A stretch of DNA of 64,000 bases from Gnetum montanum (taxonomy: Eukaryota; Plantae; Gnetophyta). A model generated the notes under the pieces. The model made no database searches and was not told the origin of the DNA. It saw only the letters and a list, made by a program, of their open reading frames with translations. The stretch lies in assembly GCA_015680685.1 (NCBI GenBank), contig MNCI01003408.1, positions 99,841-163,840 on the forward strand, in the 5' to 3' direction. Shown here piece after piece: positions 27,301-42,300 of the stretch (position 1 is the stretch's first letter; every line of letters begins with the position of its first letter). A program made the position numbers and the translations under genes.

Positions 27301-30300
27301 AACAAGACTAAGGGATTCATAATGCCAATAAGGAAACAGAGGTGTTGCAAGAACTACAAACCTTGTATATGAAAGAAGAATTGTATTGGAAGCAACAATC
27401 TTAAGTACAAGAATGATGCAATCAAAACACCAACCCACCTTATTGATGATTATCCCTTCAACCAGCTAGTTTTGCATGATCCAAAATTACCATATTCTCT
27501 CTAGCAACTTGTCCATATCATTGTTGCTTAGGTTATTTGAAAGATGCACAAGAATCGCATCTTGAACACTAGCTTAGTTCCCTCTTCTTCCATCCTTGTT
27601 GCCAAAGCTTGCCAACTACAAAACGAAACAACTGCTGCTACGAATGGCATGCCCACCTTTGAGCTTGACATTTGCACCTTTTAGGAATGACCATGAACTC
27701 TAGGCCCTTGTGACCTCCATCAAGTAGGACAAATTCCTATCACTACTCAAGAGGAAGTAGGACTCCAATGTTTTTTAGTTCTTCAAGTGTTGAAGGGGGC
27801 ATTGTACGTGGTTCAAAGGTGTCCTAGTCAACCTCATGGAGGAAGACATCATGCAATACTTGGGGGTTCCCACAGATGGTAAGGTCATCTTGCCCTTTGA
27901 CAAGGGCATTTATGATGCTTTTGATTTCTTTTCCATAAACATGTTGACCACTTCCACTAGGACAACTATTGAGGTCTCAACTTGGTAAAGGGCTATTGAA
28001 CTAGTTTAACACTTCTTCGTTCAATCTAGCATCCTCTCCAAGCTTTAAGATATGCACTTCACCTTTATCAAATGTTTGATGTTGCAATTGCAAGTTAACA
28101 TTCCTAAGTTCTTCCTTGTGTGCCTACACCAAAAGTAGACCGTAAAGCATTCTAGCCTCATTCTTAGACTGTGGAAGGCTACTAAGGTGGAGCAAGTAGC
28201 ACAAGACCACCACCCCACTACTATTACCAAGCTTGGTTCTTCATCACCTTGGAACTCCAAATTCAAGCAACCCCACTTTAAACAACTGCACAAACAATAC
28301 GGCCCTTCTACCAACACCACAGATGTTGTTGCTAATACCACGAATAATTCCAATCCTATGGAGATGCATACAATGGAGGTAGTGCACCTGCAAAATAGCC
28401 CAAAGCCTATCCTTAAAATCACTAGTTTGGGCCTTACATGCCACATTCACATTGTTGGCCTTATCGTTGTAGATAGGATTAGAATGGAGTTGGAAGATAT
28501 GGCAGGAAATTCAGGTTGAGGTCTAAACCAAGGCCATACGTTGTATGTGGAACTACGAAGCATGTATCAAGAAGAAGGCTAGGTAGTTTGCAACAATTGA
28601 GATCTAGAGGACAACGAACAACATGGTGCTGCAACTAAAATGGAAGGTCCAACAATGTAGAAGGGTCAATATCCAAATCTTGTGTGAAAATATTAGGCAA
28701 AAGATCAAGGGAATTAAATCAATGAAGAAAACTGGAAAAGAAGAATTACCAAGCAAAGGAACTCAAGAGGCACAAAAGAGAAGATGCTACAACAAGGAAC
28801 TAGCAACAAGTCCATGAGTGGGATCAAGAGCAAGCCAAAGGAAGATAGCTAAGGTGGAGAAGATGCACAAGGTAGAAGAATGCTTCCACAAGAATTAAAA
28901 AAGTTGCAAGCTCTAGCTAAAGGAGGACAAATGCCTGTATGCAATCCTAGGTATTAATATAATAATCAGTCTACCTATCAAAATGCAAAAGCTCTAGTCA
29001 AATGCAAGGCCATCATTTTGCATCCTAAGAAAGCGCACCATCTTGTTAGAGGTAAGTAGAAGAATGAAATTTTTGTTGTAACTTCCTACATATCAATTGA
29101 CATCGCTAGAATCAAGACTAGCCAAGTTATCTTGAATTCCTTTGTGTTTATGCATATCACTGAACATCAAATAGATCAATGGAGATCAAAATACCTAAAA
29201 TCCTTTGAAATTTGATGTTATCGCTGAAAGTCACCATGATCAATAATGATTGATATCTTCTCAATTCTTTGTTGCCTCAATTGATGTCACCAAAGCAATG
29301 GCAATCAATGCCATTATTCTGTATCAATTTCAGTTGCAACAACATTCAGAAAATCGATATGCCTTGGGCCAATTTTGCACATATTGTTAGAGGTCACTAC
29401 AAATTGATGCAAATTGATTTACAGAAATTCTGAACCCAAACCAATTTAAATCCATTTTGCTTCAAACTTGTGATGAATTTGCACATCTTTAAATGTAGAA
29501 CATAGATATAATCGAGACTAAATGATATTTTGCATAACTGAGAAAAAGGAATGAAAATAAAGAGAAACTTGATCTTTGACATGAGAAACAAATGAAATTC
29601 TTCAAAATAACATCAATTGATCTAAGATCTTATGCAAATGATGCTTTCTAGCATTGAAATGACTTGAGGTATCAAAAATCTCTTCAATATGCATTAAAAA
29701 TGAATCAAAATGACAAAGGTTTTACTAAAAGGACTTGAATCTTCGTATTCTTCCATTGTAATCTTGTCTTCTTTGAATCATTGATAATCCTTAAGGATTT
29801 GTGAGATGTGCAAGCTATGAAATGTGAGGATTGAGGATTGAGAAATTGTGAATTTGAGAATGTAAGATTGTGAGATGATTTTGTAAAGGATTTTGAACTT
29901 GAAATTGATGTGGAGGGCTTTTCAATATCAGAGAAGTTTGATTGCATCATTGATCATGAAGCGATGAAATGCTTGAGAGCTTCATTGAAAATTCTTTTGA
30001 TCTTCAATGCTCAATAATGGAAAACATTGTAAGGATTGATAGATGAGTAAGAGAGGAGAAAAAACAAAATGACAACACTCATGGCTACTCACTATCACTC
30101 CCTCACTCTTGCTGCTCCCTCACTCTCTTGCTTTGATTTGGAGACCTCTATTTATAATAGGGGATAGATGTTTGGCCCCTTCTTTACGTAAATTTTATCC
30201 CCTCCTTTCAGAAATTTGCAGCTTAGACTTTATTTTTCCTAATTTTTCCTTGGTTAATGACTATGAATTCTAACTCTTTAACATGAAACATGATATGCTG

Positions 30301-33300
30301 GCAGCAAAGTTTGCGGATGTGCAAGGTGCCATCATCACCGGGGCAGGAACCAAGGTCAGGCACCTAGATGCAACAAGCGCATGGAAAAAGTCCACACAGG
30401 CAAACATTGATTTGGGAGTACAACGCACACTCTGAGAGGTGCATCACAAACATCTGTACATGTTCCCATGAAAATACTTTCCTGGAATTGCCAAGGATAG
30501 GGTGTCCCATACAAAAGATATACCCTAAAAAGGATCATGAAGGAAGAGGGATGCAATATAGTATGTCTACAGGAGACAAAACTACAAGCAGCAGAGTGGC
30601 AACTTCTACAATGGGAGGGTTGGCACATACAAATGGTGCCCAGCAAAGGTAGGGTGGGAAAACTAGCAATCCCAACTACCACCCCAATAACTTTGGTGGA
30701 TACTTCCAATTGGAGCATGACGGTGCATTTGCCCCAGGAAAATGTTTGGGTCAACAACATTTATGAGGCACAGGTCTAGGTAGCTCATGTCCAGGAGTTT
30801 CGACAAGTGGCAAACCTAATTCACAACACAGGCAAGTGGATAATGATTGGCAATTTCAATCAAAGGTTGTATTGTTGGGAAAAGTCTGGGAGAGATTGGC
30901 AGTTTGCTAGACCGCCACCATGACCCTACAATCGTTCAATCTAGATACCCCCACAAATTGGTGGGGGTTCATTTTGTATTCTTAAAACACATCCGACACC
31001 GTACCCCCATTAATGTGCCCCATTTCCTTTGGGAGTCGATGAGTCAAAGGCGGCCTGGACAGCACTAGGGAGTTATAATGGCACTTTGGTGCACAAGCAG
31101 TCTGATCCAGTCGCTAACACCTACATTGGTGTATCACCAACAATGTGGCAAGGCGCTGGGGCCCAGGACAGAGTAGCAAGACACTGGAGGAGGGGGCCTC
31201 TAGTGCAACGCCAGGCTCAACAGGACAACATGGTCAAGGGTCTAATGGGGAGGGGAAGCCGAAACAGTCTGTGGATGATTGGGATTTATCAAAGGAGTGC
31301 CACCGGGCAGCAGACTAGGCGAGGATGGCAGAACAGGCCTTGTGGCAGTTGCAGTGAGAGAACCTATGACAAGAGGCATGGAAGGAAGCTACCTCCATGT
31401 GGGTAAAGAATTGTGCACAAAAGTTTACACAATGGGCAAAGAATAAACCCATTCTTTAAAAGAAAACTTATTCATGGCATCATTGCAACTTGACTTGGAC
31501 AAGCAAGCTCTCATGAAAGAGTAGACATGTGAGATTGACAACACTCAAGACAGTCACATGGCCCCTATTAAATAAGTCCTTTGTTCCTTTTGCAGCCATT
31601 AACATGAAGTAGAGAATTTGTATATAAATAAAATAGAAGTTATCACAAGCATGTCATGGAGAATACATCACCATCCTACATTGACTTTTCTTATGGCCCC
31701 ACCCTTTTGTCTTGTTTTAAGTCATTTTTAGGTTTATATGCTATGAGGGTTTCTAGTTTATTTTTGGCCTTTCTCTATTCTCCATATTTCCTATAATTTA
31801 TCTAGTAAAAATCATTAATACTAAATTTTTTGTCCATCCAACATTTGCCCCATGTCGATCCAGTCATAACAAGCACATATCTACCATGCTAGAAATTAAT
31901 ATTTCAATTGAATCAAGAAAAATATGATATCACTTAGTACTTTTTAACTGTTTTAACATTCAAATCTCAAAATCTAGGGCTCAAATTGAAAAACTAATTG
32001 TAGATCTATACTCTAGCTATAAGACTGAATTAGTCCACCAAATTTCAACAAGATCTGACAACTTTGAAAATTGACGTATTTTAATTAATTAAATATTCAA
32101 TAATTTCTAACTTCTAATGAAACATCAAAATAAACCATGAATCCACATCATGCTAGTTTCCTAATAGTATTTTAAAATAATGCTAAACTTTGCAATGCTC
32201 ATTCATTAATAATTAATATGTATGTATGTATTCTTTAAGCTTAAAATAATAAAAAATTAAACAAAAAATAGAAATAAATAGTAATTTTGCTTATGTCACC
32301 CAAACAAAGGTCTTCATGTTACTAAGAAACATTAGGCACATCTACAAATATATATAACCTTTGAAACAAATTAAAGTCTAAATATTTAATAGAGTACTAT
32401 GTGACATGTACAAATGTAAGGCATTACACTTTCCCAATTCTTACAACAAGAATGTTCCATTTTTTTTTTTTACTTCTATGTTATGCCAATGGAGTTCTTT
32501 GAATAAATTCTCTTGTATACATTAGCATCCTTCCATTTACACGTAATGTCATGGACCTTCTCAAAATGTGACATCACTCAATTGGTCTATAGATGCAACA
32601 AATAATTGAACAATATCTCTAATGGAAGAGATTTATGAAAGTGACAACTCATGTTAATCATATAAATACTACAAACGCAGGGAAAGAAACATTTGTTACC
32701 TTTTGCGGATTAGCTATGAGATCTCCATCTATTAAGCCTTCACCACTCCTATCATCATTATAGCCATCCCGTTCATCCCAAATATCACGAGCAGAATATT
32801 CACATTCCAATATCAGCTTCTCATCATCATTGTTTCTCTCGAACAAATTTCCTATGATGACAATCTTAGCTTTAGTGAGTTACACACCGAAACGTTAGCC
32901 TGCATGTACTATCATGCATCCTGTACATCAAAGACAGTGAATGCAACAAGAAATTATACCTGATTTTCTTCTTCCACTATTGATACACTGTAAACAAAAT
33001 TTATTCATTAGAAAAAGTTTTAGAATACGTGTCATAGTGCATAATCCCCTAATATGTTAAATACAAGTATAGAACTACCGTGATTGAAGGAATTAAGAAC
33101 AACTTCACAAGCTCCTCAGGTTCGTAGTGACAATCTTCAGGAAGTGTAATACTACTGGACAGGTCATTACATGGGAAAATTAAAGATTTCTTATCTCTAG
33201 CAACATTGAAAGATGCGTCATTAATTTCAGCACTCCACTCATAATCAATCATAAACGGCTCATGCTTCTTCCGTCTTGATCTTTTTTTCTTCAAGGTAAC

Positions 33301-36300
33301 ATTGTTGAGATCCCCAAAACTTCCTTGCAAATCTGAAAAGCTATTCTTACAATTAGTTGGTTTTAAAACATTTGTAAGTTAAAGATCTGAAAAGCTACCT
33401 TTAAAATAAATTAGATTTAAAACATTTTTTTTAAGTTACAGATTGTGAATAACCCTTCATCAAAACCAAAGTAACGACACTTCAAATATCAATACACCGC
33501 ACCCTCTTTTGACTTCATATATTTCCAATGCTCTGGACCTGCCCAAGAATTTCCTTTGAATGGCAAACCAATCCTTGCATCAAGAAATTCAACGACTTGA
33601 TGACTTGATATTGTATTATCATCAACAACTGCATCCTGAAAAACATGTCAAGGTGCTAGCTGTGAATGGACACAGACAACATAGACATGCAGGGATTTAA
33701 ATATCTCAACTTAAAAGGATGTAAATTTCCTGACCTCATGTTCATGCACCTCGGGGAAGCCAAAATGTGTGGTTTCTAGATGAGGGCATCCAAAATCATG
33801 CTCCCTAAAAACGATGTCACAAGCATTATCTACATTATCCAGAATCTCTGACTCTGCACTATCAACACTTTCCTGATTGTCAGTGAATGTAATGGAGGAC
33901 ACGTTATCCTGATTTGAGGATAAGTACTCCTTGAAAACAACACGAAAAGGATCATCCAGTAAGTTTAAAAGCCTCTGCAGACTCCCTGATATTTCTACCA
34001 TAGCCAACAGCCTTTTTGATGCATGTTCAATAGCATCTGGGGTCATTAATTTTAAAAAGTAACATAAATCAGGGCCAAAGCAAACATTTTTACATATAAT
34101 ACCACTTAGTTAATAAGAAATCGCTATTGATACCTTTTATGAATGAGATATCAATAGTAGATGAACTATGTACGCTCTGTAGAGATTGAGACTTCATGTT
34201 CTTCTCAGGAACTTCACAAGAATCAAACACAATATGGCAACCATCGAAAACAGAGAGTGTGTTGAGAAGAAGACCTTCAGCCCCTCCCTCATCAAACTGA
34301 GCAGAAGTCTGCTGATAAAGTGGATCCACTGTGAATGCAACTGCTTGGTTGACAAAAGGATTAGGGTCATTACATATTGAAATCTTAACAAAGAAAGATC
34401 AATGTGTTGTTGCAGAAAGGATACCACATCAATAGCAAACATCAACGGAATACATGGTCTCTTTCATGATGTACCATCGAATTTCTTCACATTAAATGCA
34501 TCAAATGATGATTCTAAGGTAACAGCTGCAGGTATCTGCAAACACAACATCCGTTATGTAGAATTTCAATATAACTTTTATTGTTAGGATTATATGCACC
34601 AACACAACAATCAGCAACCTTCTTTTGTTGTTCCTTCCTGTCCATTCCACTTTCTTCACTTTCATTTTCTGATGATGGAAAAATACGTCACTGATGAAAC
34701 TCAGATAGCATAAATGCAAGGATTCAGTCCAAAACAACAAAGAAAATGTAGGAGACAAGTCAGAATGAAAACACAATACATCGTAAATAGCATTGAAATG
34801 CTCAAGTATTTAGCCAGAAGTTTCTCTTTCATAAATCATTTTTAAATAGCAAGGCAGATGCAAATCCTTTATGTTATTCATCATTATAATTTCCTTTACC
34901 CATCAACAGAGGTGACCCATTAGGGTATGCAGAAAATTTGATGTTAGTTTTTATGAGTAACTGGCAACCTAATGCCAACCTACACTTAACGTACTTATGT
35001 TTTTGCCAGGTACCTGAAAGAAGATTTCAAATGTTAAGTTCTAAATAAAAACTTAATGTTATCCTTACTTCTTGCAAAGAGGAACATGGGTCATTGCAAT
35101 GTTGAAATAATACAGTTATGTTATCAGCAGTAAAAGAAAAATTAATTATCATAAAATGTCTTAATTACCTGAAACTTCTTCAAAACATGTTATATCAGAA
35201 CATTTAATAGTGCATAAAAGCAACAACATTTTATGACATCATCATGTTACAACTAACACAACTCCATACACTTATACGCAATTATTGTTATGAAACATTT
35301 AGTATAATTCACCGTATCACTTTGCTTTAACATAATAACACAATGAGGTATTTGCCTAGCATTAAGAGTTGTGACATCAAAACCATATGTTACAAGTTAG
35401 ATTCCAATGGGAAACACTAAGTTGTGGACAAATTCTGTGCAAATTCTGAAACAAGTGTGGTTCAACAGATCAAAAAGAGGGGCCAGTCATGGAAGCAGGA
35501 GGGAGCAAGGCATGGGAAGCAAATGGAAGCATAGAGGGTGGGTCATTTCTTAACCTCGAGGATAACAGAGAGCCACAGAAGGGGATGGATGGAGCTTGCA
35601 TCTAAGTTCCATCCAATCTGAGAGTCTTTGGATTGGCTTGCAGTGGATTGGTTTGCCTATAGCTCCACTAATCATCTAGAGAAAACTACCATCATAAGCA
35701 CAACTAAAGAATACCACTTATTTTGTGAACACATAGATGGATGATGATGCTGGCATCTTATAGTGTAAGCCTAGAAAACACCCTTTATTTAGGATGATTT
35801 TCATGCATACAGATTATGCTAGTAGACCCATCAACCCATATTAACCATTGTGGGACATGTAGATGATAATTTCAATAGACTTTCCAATGCCTTCAAGTAT
35901 CCAACATCATCCAATCATAGCCATCAAAATTGAATTAAATGTTAAAACTATCACGCATACTCATGCTATATTAGATTAGATCAAAGTAGCCATTCATTTC
36001 AGGAAGACAATAGAATGAGGGAGTTAACTCATTTATCTATAGATTACAAGAAATCCTACATGAAAAGATTTATTATAGTTATGTTTAAGCATGAATCTTA
36101 TTTCGTAGAAAATGTACAAGGTTTGAAACTTATTCTTAATAAAAAGAAGCAACATCAAGTTAGAGCTTGCTAATCAATTTGTCATAGTTTTACTAGGACA
36201 AGTTGATGATGTGAAGATGACCATAAGTGGATGGCTACATCTAAATGATTTTCCTATGATTCATTTTGCTAATAGCAAAGGTGTGTCATGTATTATAATA

Positions 36301-39300
36301 TGAAGAACATAGCTTAGTGCTATTAATGATAAGCTAGGTATTATAGATCATTATGAATCAAATGTCATATCCTAGAGGAAGGAGTTGAATAGGATATCCC
36401 AATAAAATTTATATAATAAAAATTAAATTTAGTAGACAAAAAAATTTGTAAATGTTTATATATTTTGGAGTAACGTTCATTTAAACTAAGATCAAAATAA
36501 AATTCATGAAATAAAATAAAATTAATAGCACATACCAAGATTCATAGTGGTTCAGCTTGGGCATAGTCCACTACATAGGGCTATCCAATTTCTTCTACCT
36601 CTAGTTTCCTTTATAATATTTAAATTTTTCACCAAAAAAATTATAGTTTTAAGGGTTTCTAGTATTCCTTTCATATAATTAATATTTTAATATAAAAAAT
36701 CCCTAAAATAGTTCTTAAAATAAAGGAAAATAAAATTATGCTTTTGAAATCTCACAATGTATTGGATTACATGTAGTACATGCATAGATCATGTAAGGGA
36801 TAAAATAATAAGGGCACAAAATACAAAGAGAGTTGTTCTCAGTTCATCTCTTTTTCATACACATTTAAATGTTTTCCAAAAACCATCTTCAATCTTACTT
36901 ACTATTGGTAATATATCAATCTTAGTCCAACAATCCATCTTCACCTATGCATCAATTGTCATGAAAGCTATGTTCTTAGATGAACATACCATCCTTAAGG
37001 ATAAATGAAAACCCTCAATGGTTAATAATTTACTCATCTCATAATATTCAAAAGGATTTTTGGCTTTTTGACCTTCCCTAGAAAGGTCACCCTTAACTAA
37101 GTTTGGTTGACCTATGTCTAGGTTAGTTGACCTACTTCTCTTTCTATCATTAACATGAGCTCTGAATCTAGTATTTCGTATTGACTATGAACATTCAAAA
37201 CTAGGTAACTATCATCAACTCTTAGTCTTAGTTTGGATGACCTATGGAAAGACTAGTTGACCTATGGCAAGTTTGGTTGACCTTAAGGATAATACTATTT
37301 TTTAGCTCTAGACTTTCTATTAACTTGGGTCAATCAAACTATTCATAGGTTAGTAAGCCTTTACATTGATGCATTTTCTTTTGACTGAAATTCATGATCT
37401 CTTAGGTTGGCCAATCTATCAAATCATTTAGTGGATTCAAGGATGATTCAAGTGACTAAGGAACTACTAATTTTGCTAACAAGCCAAATGTTCCGAATTG
37501 TATTCAAGGGATCAATGTCCATGATGACCAGTGTGCATTTTAGCATTTCAAATCTTCAATTTGATCAACAATATCTCCCTATTTAGACATGAAAAAACAC
37601 CTTCCATTAGAAGATGACAAACACAATAAGCACATCTTTAAGAGATCTAAAACAAAATAGATAGCCATGTAAATTCTTAGGGTTCCTCTAAGCTTATGAC
37701 TCTCTTTCCTTCTTTACATCTACTTGTATTATCCCCCTTGTTTGACATTTATAAAAAATCAAAAAAATAAAAAAACAAAATATGTACCTTCAAGGTAGAG
37801 AATTAACCTTGAAAGGGGGATGAATGTATGCACTAAAACTATGTTGATTAGTATACATTTATGTAAAATAGGGTGTCCATATCATATGTACAACATTAGT
37901 AAATATTAATATTAATTGGAACTAATCAATCCCAAAAACATGCTACTCAAAATGAGATTAATAACATGGATCCTTTTAGCAAGTACATATCCAAATTTAA
38001 ACCGATACCAAAAGCAAGATCTACTGTAAAGATGGGACATAAAAATTGCTGATACCTTCAAAGCACTTGAGGCTTAAACATTAAATATTAAGAAACAAGC
38101 CTGAGATATAGAACTTGTAGAAAGTATAAATGGGAAAACTAGTAGCATATCAATCCAATCTTGTAAACGAAATTTTAGCATGTGTACAAGTAGCAATACT
38201 ACTATAATGAAACAAATGAAATAAAATCAATATAGAGATCTTCAACATGAATAAAAAATGCCCATGTAAGAATATTATTCTATTATAACGTTAAAACATC
38301 TACACATGAAAAACATAAATTTAGATTATTTCATAAAGTGGAGATAAGTACAAAAGTTGCTATAAAATAAAATAAGCATGTGCAAAAATGCTCTTACATG
38401 AGCATATAGATAAATATTTGAATGCTAAACAATGAATCATTTTGAAAGCTAGAAAAATAAGGATAATGGAGTTTACTAAAATTATAAATCATAGTAGTAA
38501 AATACATATATTATATAAGCATAATTCTTAATACAAAGCATTTTTGAAATTTAAAATATCTTTTATTTGACAAGACCCTTAGGACTGAATCAAAAATTGA
38601 TAGATAAACAACAAAGAAGGAAAAAAGAGCTAGAATTAACAAGGCATAAGAAAGATAACAACACAAAGGAAGTAACAAAACAAAGCTTCAAACCGAATGG
38701 CATTACTGTCCATTCATAAAGTCCTTGCAGAGTACTGAAGGCGATTTTATGAACATCTTCTTTTGAAATCTTTATCTGGTGATACCCGCTCTTGCAATCG
38801 AACTTACTAAAGTAAGACTTAACTGCAACCTTTTGAATTAAACTTTCCTTGTTGGGTAACGGCCATTTAACATCTATCGTTACTGCATTCAAAGGAATGT
38901 AGTTTATGACCATTTGAGCTTTACCTCATTTTACTTCTGCATGGTTGCGCACAATGAAACTTGCACAAAAGTAATTAGACTGTGAAGGTCTAATTAATCC
39001 TTTCTTCAGAAATTCTTCCACTTGTCGGGCCATTTCTTCAGTATTTGGAGGATTTAATAGCATCTGCTTGCTTTGAACTGGAATGTTGTGGATGGTTGGA
39101 ATGTAGGCAACTAGACTATCCTTATCCCAAAATTCTAAGGGATGTTCACAACAACAAGACTGGAGTTCTTGAAAACACGGTACTAACCTATGTTCTTCTG
39201 TATTCAAGTCGATGTGGGCTTTCTTGAGCTGTTGGAGATGCTGATACTTGGCACGTGCTATATCTTCCATTTCATACTGTGAAATGATTTCTGTTACTGT

Positions 39301-42300
39301 TGGATTCTGCTGGAACTACTTCAGCTGCGGATGTTTGTTTCTTTGCATTGCTGCTGGGATCCTTCCTATTATGACTTTTGGTCTAGGATCTTGTAGAGGT
39401 GATGAACAAACAATCATATCCAGACCGATTGTGTAAGAACCAATACTATCCATAAAGTGAACTCCTAAGCCAATGTCAAAACCACTATCTAATACTTGAA
39501 CAAAATTAGTCGTGCCGACATATTCATCATTCAATGAGATTGGTATATTGAAAGCAAAATATGATAGACTTCTTACTCTGTTCATGGTTTCTAGAGTAAC
39601 TGGCTTAGAATTCTTTTCCCATTTTTCCAGAACATTTTTGTGACAAAAATTAAGAGTCGCACCTGTATCAATGAAAGCTTGATAGCTTCTCCATTTCTTG
39701 TCTCCGTCAACTACAATTTTGATTGGGATCAACAAAACACTATGTAAAGACAATAAATGCTTGATTTAATGCTAAAGCTCAAGAGGTGTCTTCTTCTTAG
39801 GGTTTCTCCTAATTCTTGCTTGCTTAGCTTCAACATTAACTGGAAATTTCTTCTGATAAGGAGTTATCAGAAACTTTGGGACTTTCTGCACAATCTTGGG
39901 CAGCAGCTCATCATCATCCGTTGATGTATCTTCTTGAGTTCCTGCTTTGGGCAATGTTTCCTTGCAACCAAACGTTGAAGATATGTTGGGTTCTTGATCT
40001 CCTAAATCATTGTCCGTTTCCCATTTGTGTTCATTTTCAGAAATGTCTGATTCAAGCCAATCTTCCACTTCTTGCCAACTGCAATCAACATCTGCATTGG
40101 TTTCTGCATTAAAATCATTAAGAGAAATATTTGAAAACCAATCTTCATTTGTTATATCTTGATCTAGTAGCCCTTGCATCATGTTGCTTCTTCCTGCTGT
40201 TACTGGTTCTTCTTCTTCTTCAAACTATTCTGAATCTGATGATGGATCTTCATCTGAACCTAAAATGAGCTAGATGGCAAAACACTGTTCATTGTGTTCT
40301 TGTGGATCATCCACTGGTTCCCATTCCGGATGAGCTTCAAAAAAAGCTTTGAGTTTTCCACCATCTTTTCGCGACCCATCAAGACATTCATAGGCATAAT
40401 GTCCTTGTTGTTTGCAAGTATAGCAAGTGACTGATCTTCTCTTTATCAGACCAGATCTTCTTCGTGCAAAGAACTTTCTTCTTCCGAGCTTGAATGTCTT
40501 CCTTGCAGTCCATCTTTTTCTTGAATATCTCGAGAAACTTCTTCTTTTTGCAAATCGCTTCTTTGGATATTTTGAGGGAGCTCTAGGAGGAGGACCAAAT
40601 GAATCCACTCCGTCTAAATTTGCACACACTTCAACTAATGGTAAGAGCTTTTGTAAAGACATATTATAGCATGCAAACTGCAACTCTTGTCTTGCCATAT
40701 GAACTACATCAGTAAAATATGTTAAAGACAAATCTATATCTTTTTCTAAAGCTTTATACAACACCATTTGTCCTAATTTAGTTGGTAAACTTCCTAAATA
40801 CAGATAATTGATCATCTGATCTCCGTGCAATGCTAGGCGGTAAACTTCATTTGCATACTCAACGCTGAATTGTTCAAAGTAGCGCAAATCTCCTAACTTT
40901 CTTTGACTTAACAGAAGCTTATCTTTGAATCTAAGTTTTGAAGATAAATCTATAGTGAATTCTGTAACTAATGCAACAAACACACCATGTAAACCTGTTT
41001 GGAGGATTTGCTCTTGCTGTTCTTGTGTAGCACTTTCCCACCAATGTCAAATTTTTCCAGCTGCTCTTGTGAAGGCACCAATGATAGTTGTTCTTTTATC
41101 TATATTAAGAATGTTCATGGCTATTCTTAACTGATCAATCCACAATCTAAGAGCATGAAGTACCTCTTTAGGCGGCAGGTAATCGATTTTTATTACAGGG
41201 ATGGTTGACATCGGCCATTGCTGAAAAGCTGAAAAGGCTGGAGGCGGATTGATTGCTGGTCGTTGCCATGGTCTGGTAGGTTGCCTTCGTGCCATCATAA
41301 TCCTCTGTTGGCATTCTTCTGAGGAGATTCTTGGTGTCCTTGGTTCTGACTTCACTTTTTCTTCGATTGAAGGAGGCGTTGTAGGCGTTGGCTAAGGCTG
41401 AGAGGTAGAAGGTTTCTTTCCCTTCTTTTCTTCCATTAGCTTCTTAATCTTTTCTAATAGAACTTTATCTCTGGCATCAACAACTGATTCTTTTGTAGGT
41501 TGAGTAGGAGGCATCTCTTTAGCTGATTGAATGGGCAGCTTCATTTGATTTTCCAACATAAAAATTTCATGAAACTTTAATACCTTCTCGCTCGCTTGCT
41601 GACGCTTCTGACTTTGAGTCTCAAATCTTTCTTTTTGAATAGCATCATATGCTTCACAATGATCTGCCATTTCTTTTAACAGCTAATTGCACTGATCTCC
41701 GACCTTATCAACTCCACCTTCAATTGTATCTAACTGATCTTCAATTTTGTTGATGTGTCGAGATGCATAGCTTGTCCAATGAACCAAATAGTTCAATTGA
41801 CGAATCTCGGATTACTGATCTATGGTACTATTTAGAGAATGTTCAAGCAAATAACTACAATCTGCTCGTGTCTGAGGAGGGTCTGTCTGCGAGGCGGTTG
41901 TAGCATAAGCGGCTTGGGGCGGCCATCTTCCACCACTAAGTAACATTTGATCTCCATATTGCCTGTAACTTGTGGGAGTAAACATATTTAACCTATGTTG
42001 AAACATATACATTGTATCTCTAGTATCAAAATTTGGTGATGTTGATCCTTCAACTTGTTTGGATGAACTTGGTTTCTTTGACAACTTGCGCGAAGGTAGA
42101 ATTGACGGAATTGCTTCAAGAGTAATTATTGCAGATCTTCCAAATTGTTGAACTAGATACTGACTCCATCTGAATTTGGGTTTCTCATAAGTTTTGAACT
42201 CATGATCTTGCATAATAGTCTGAATCTTCGGAAACGACTACACATAACTTGGAGCTTGAATACTTTTTCCACACTTGATAAGATGCTAACTTCCCTTAGG

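Noticed and set aside
27020-27440. Possible inverted 5' LINE segment (twin priming) before copy D
   Set aside because: Only a weak resemblance (LKIVASNTILLSYTRFVVLATP) to the post-RT region; downstream motifs do not match.
29045-30280. Repeat-like block with recurring CAATTGAT/TGTTAGAGG motifs
   Set aside because: Probably an LTR relic, but I could not identify termini, a TSD or coding motifs.
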